DNA from: Anaerolineae bacterium
GTDB taxonomy: Bacteria; Chloroflexota; Anaerolineae; B4-G1; SLSP01
Assembly (NCBI GenBank): GCA_034437735.1
Contig: DAOTTS010000118.1
Coordinates: 7,930 to 71,929, forward strand
DNA length: 64,000 bases
Direction of reading: 5' to 3'
A program made the translations under genes and the position numbers. Positions 62,946 through 64,000 of the stretch are shown in pieces (the stretch's first letter is position 1; each line of letters opens with the position of its first letter). The notes under the pieces were generated by a model, which saw only the letters and a list, made by a program, of their open reading frames with translations, ran no database searches and was not told the origin of the DNA.

Positions 62946-63698
62946 CTAGGTGGCGCGGGTTCGGGCCAATTCCTTGTCGGTCGAGGTGGCATCGGAATGC
63001 TCATAGTGCCGGCGGAATAGGAAATACTGAAGAATACCGACCAAGTTCGAGATCAGGAAGTAGACGGCTAAGCCGGAAGCGTAGGTTGCAGCGAAAAAGC
63101 CCGTCATTAACGGCATCATAATCTGCATCTGCTTGCTCATCGCAGCCGATTGCGCATCGGTCGCCGGCGGGGTGAGTAGTTTCTGATAGTACCAGGCGCT
63201 AATAACGACGAGGACCGGCAGAATGTAGTAGGGATCCGGCAGTGCCAGATCCAGCCAAAGAAATTGGCTCTTGAGTGGAATGAGTTGACTGATACCCGGG
63301 ATCCAGCGATAGATATCATCGGGCAGCGCAAGAAGCTGCAACGGTGTCGAAGCCAACGTACGGATAATAGCCTGATAGAGGCCGATCATAAGCGGTAGCT
63401 GAATGACGAGCGTCAGACAACCACCGACCGGCTGCACACCAGCCTCCTGATAGAGCTTCATCTGCGCCTGAGCGAGCTTCTCACGATCATCCTTGTATTT
63501 CTTCTGAAGCTCTTCCAACTTCGGTCGCAACGCCTGCTGCTTGCGAGCGCTCTTCTGCTGATTGAGTTGGAGCGGTGTCAGCGCGAGCCGCAGAAGCAGC
63601 GTCACCATCGCGACAGCGACAATCGTTTCGTTGCCCAGATAACGGTAGAGCAACAAGAGAAGATTAATAATGGGTCGTATAATGAGTGTATCCCACAC
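62946..63698 (-). CDS. yidC: membrane protein insertase YidC (short form)
   Basis: Five TM helices. 60 kDa inner-membrane insertase motifs. GTG start with AGGGGGA RBS. Confidence 0.85.
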   Translation of the reverse strand: MWDTLIIRPIINLLLLLYRYLGNETIVAVAMVTLLLRLALTPLQLNQQKSARKQQALRPKLEELQKKYKDDREKLAQAQMKLYQEAGVQPVGGCLTLVIQLPLMIGLYQAIIRTLASTPLQLLALPDDIYRWIPGISQLIPLKSQFLWLDLALPDPYYILPVLVVISAWYYQKLLTPPATDAQSAAMSKQMQIMMPLMTGFFAATYASGLAVYFLISNLVGILQYFLFRRHYEHSDATSTDKELARTRAT

Positions 63699-63764
63699 AG
63701 TTTATCCCCCTACTGCGTTAAAAGTCGGTTACGGTCACCACAAAATTGAAACCAGTTATCATCG

Positions 63765-64000
63765 TCATTTAGCGACCGGATACTGCCAGACCAGACTGCC
63801 GTTATCCGTATCGAATGCCCGGACTCGGGTCTCAATCAGAATCGGCATCGTATATAGACGGGTGCCGGCGGAAACAAGATTGCCCGGTAACCGTCCGGGG
63901 GTCTCCATCGCCGTCCCCCAGCTTACCTCACTGCCCGTTGAGACGTCCAGAGCGTGAACCTGCCCCTTCTCAAAACCGGCGACAAAGAGCATCGTCCCAT
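63765..64000 (-). CDS. PQQ-like beta-propeller repeat protein (3' end; 5' end beyond window)
   Basis: DTDNGSLVWQYPV and LDVSTGSEVSW are PQQ/BamB-type repeats. The frame stays open to the window edge. Confidence 0.4.
   Translation of the reverse strand, partial: GTMLFVAGFEKGQVHALDVSTGSEVSWGTAMETPGRLPGNLVSAGTRLYTMPILIETRVRAFDTDNGSLVWQYPVAK

Overview
High-GC (about 60%) bacterial chromosomal segment, densely coding on both strands. The translated ORFs support about 55 genes. Taxon cannot be established from the sequence alone. The fused glyQ-glyS, a short Gram-positive-type YidC, several leaderless-looking mRNAs and the overall gene repertoire are compatible with a Chloroflexota-like lineage. 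Main content, by coordinate:
(1) 1-4.3 kb: partial M14 carboxypeptidase, a P-loop SF1-helicase-like protein and a membrane GDPD.
(2) 4.5-8.4 kb: a LacI-type regulator with a textbook sigma70 promoter and a 16-bp palindromic operator. It is followed by a compact three-gene nucleotide-sugar module (GME-type 3,5-epimerase, small GHMP-like kinase, tandem-domain HIGH-motif nucleotidyltransferase).
(3) 8.5-25.7 kb: a large SorC-regulated sugar/polyol catabolic island. It carries two paralogous FGGY kinase plus SAF-domain dehydrogenase modules in mirror order, Zn-ADHs (one reduced to a 3' remnant), a SIS isomerase, L-fucose-isomerase-like and xylose-isomerase-like proteins. It also carries a 702-aa fusion of an ADP-ribosylglycohydrolase-fold domain with a DUF1080-like jelly-roll domain.
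(4) 25.75-25.98 kb: a strong promoter to intrinsic terminator unit of about 190 nt with no annotated gene, a candidate sRNA or small-ORF transcript.
(5) 26.1-30.4 kb: gltA-acn-icd TCA operon with terminator.
(6) 30.6-52.2 kb: housekeeping and carbohydrate genes guaB, kdgK-eda, URO-D-like gene, ppgK, FeS-BCP photolyase, pyrG, GH43, a glyQS-HAD-DUF2156 cluster, recO and ligA.
(7) 54.0-60.2 kb: a SEDS (FtsW/RodA) protein fused to a class-B PBP-like domain whose SxxK active site is degenerate, an orphan OmpR-type response regulator, and an 833-aa TM/P-loop-like/HEAT-repeat protein with an in-frame 12-bp tandem repeat.
(8) 60.2-64.0 kb: parA, a PfkB kinase without a canonical start, jag/khpB, yidC and a partial PQQ beta-propeller gene.
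A three-copy dispersed intergenic repeat family and several short tandem repeats in 5' regions were also found. No rRNA, tRNA, CRISPR array or transposase was recognised.
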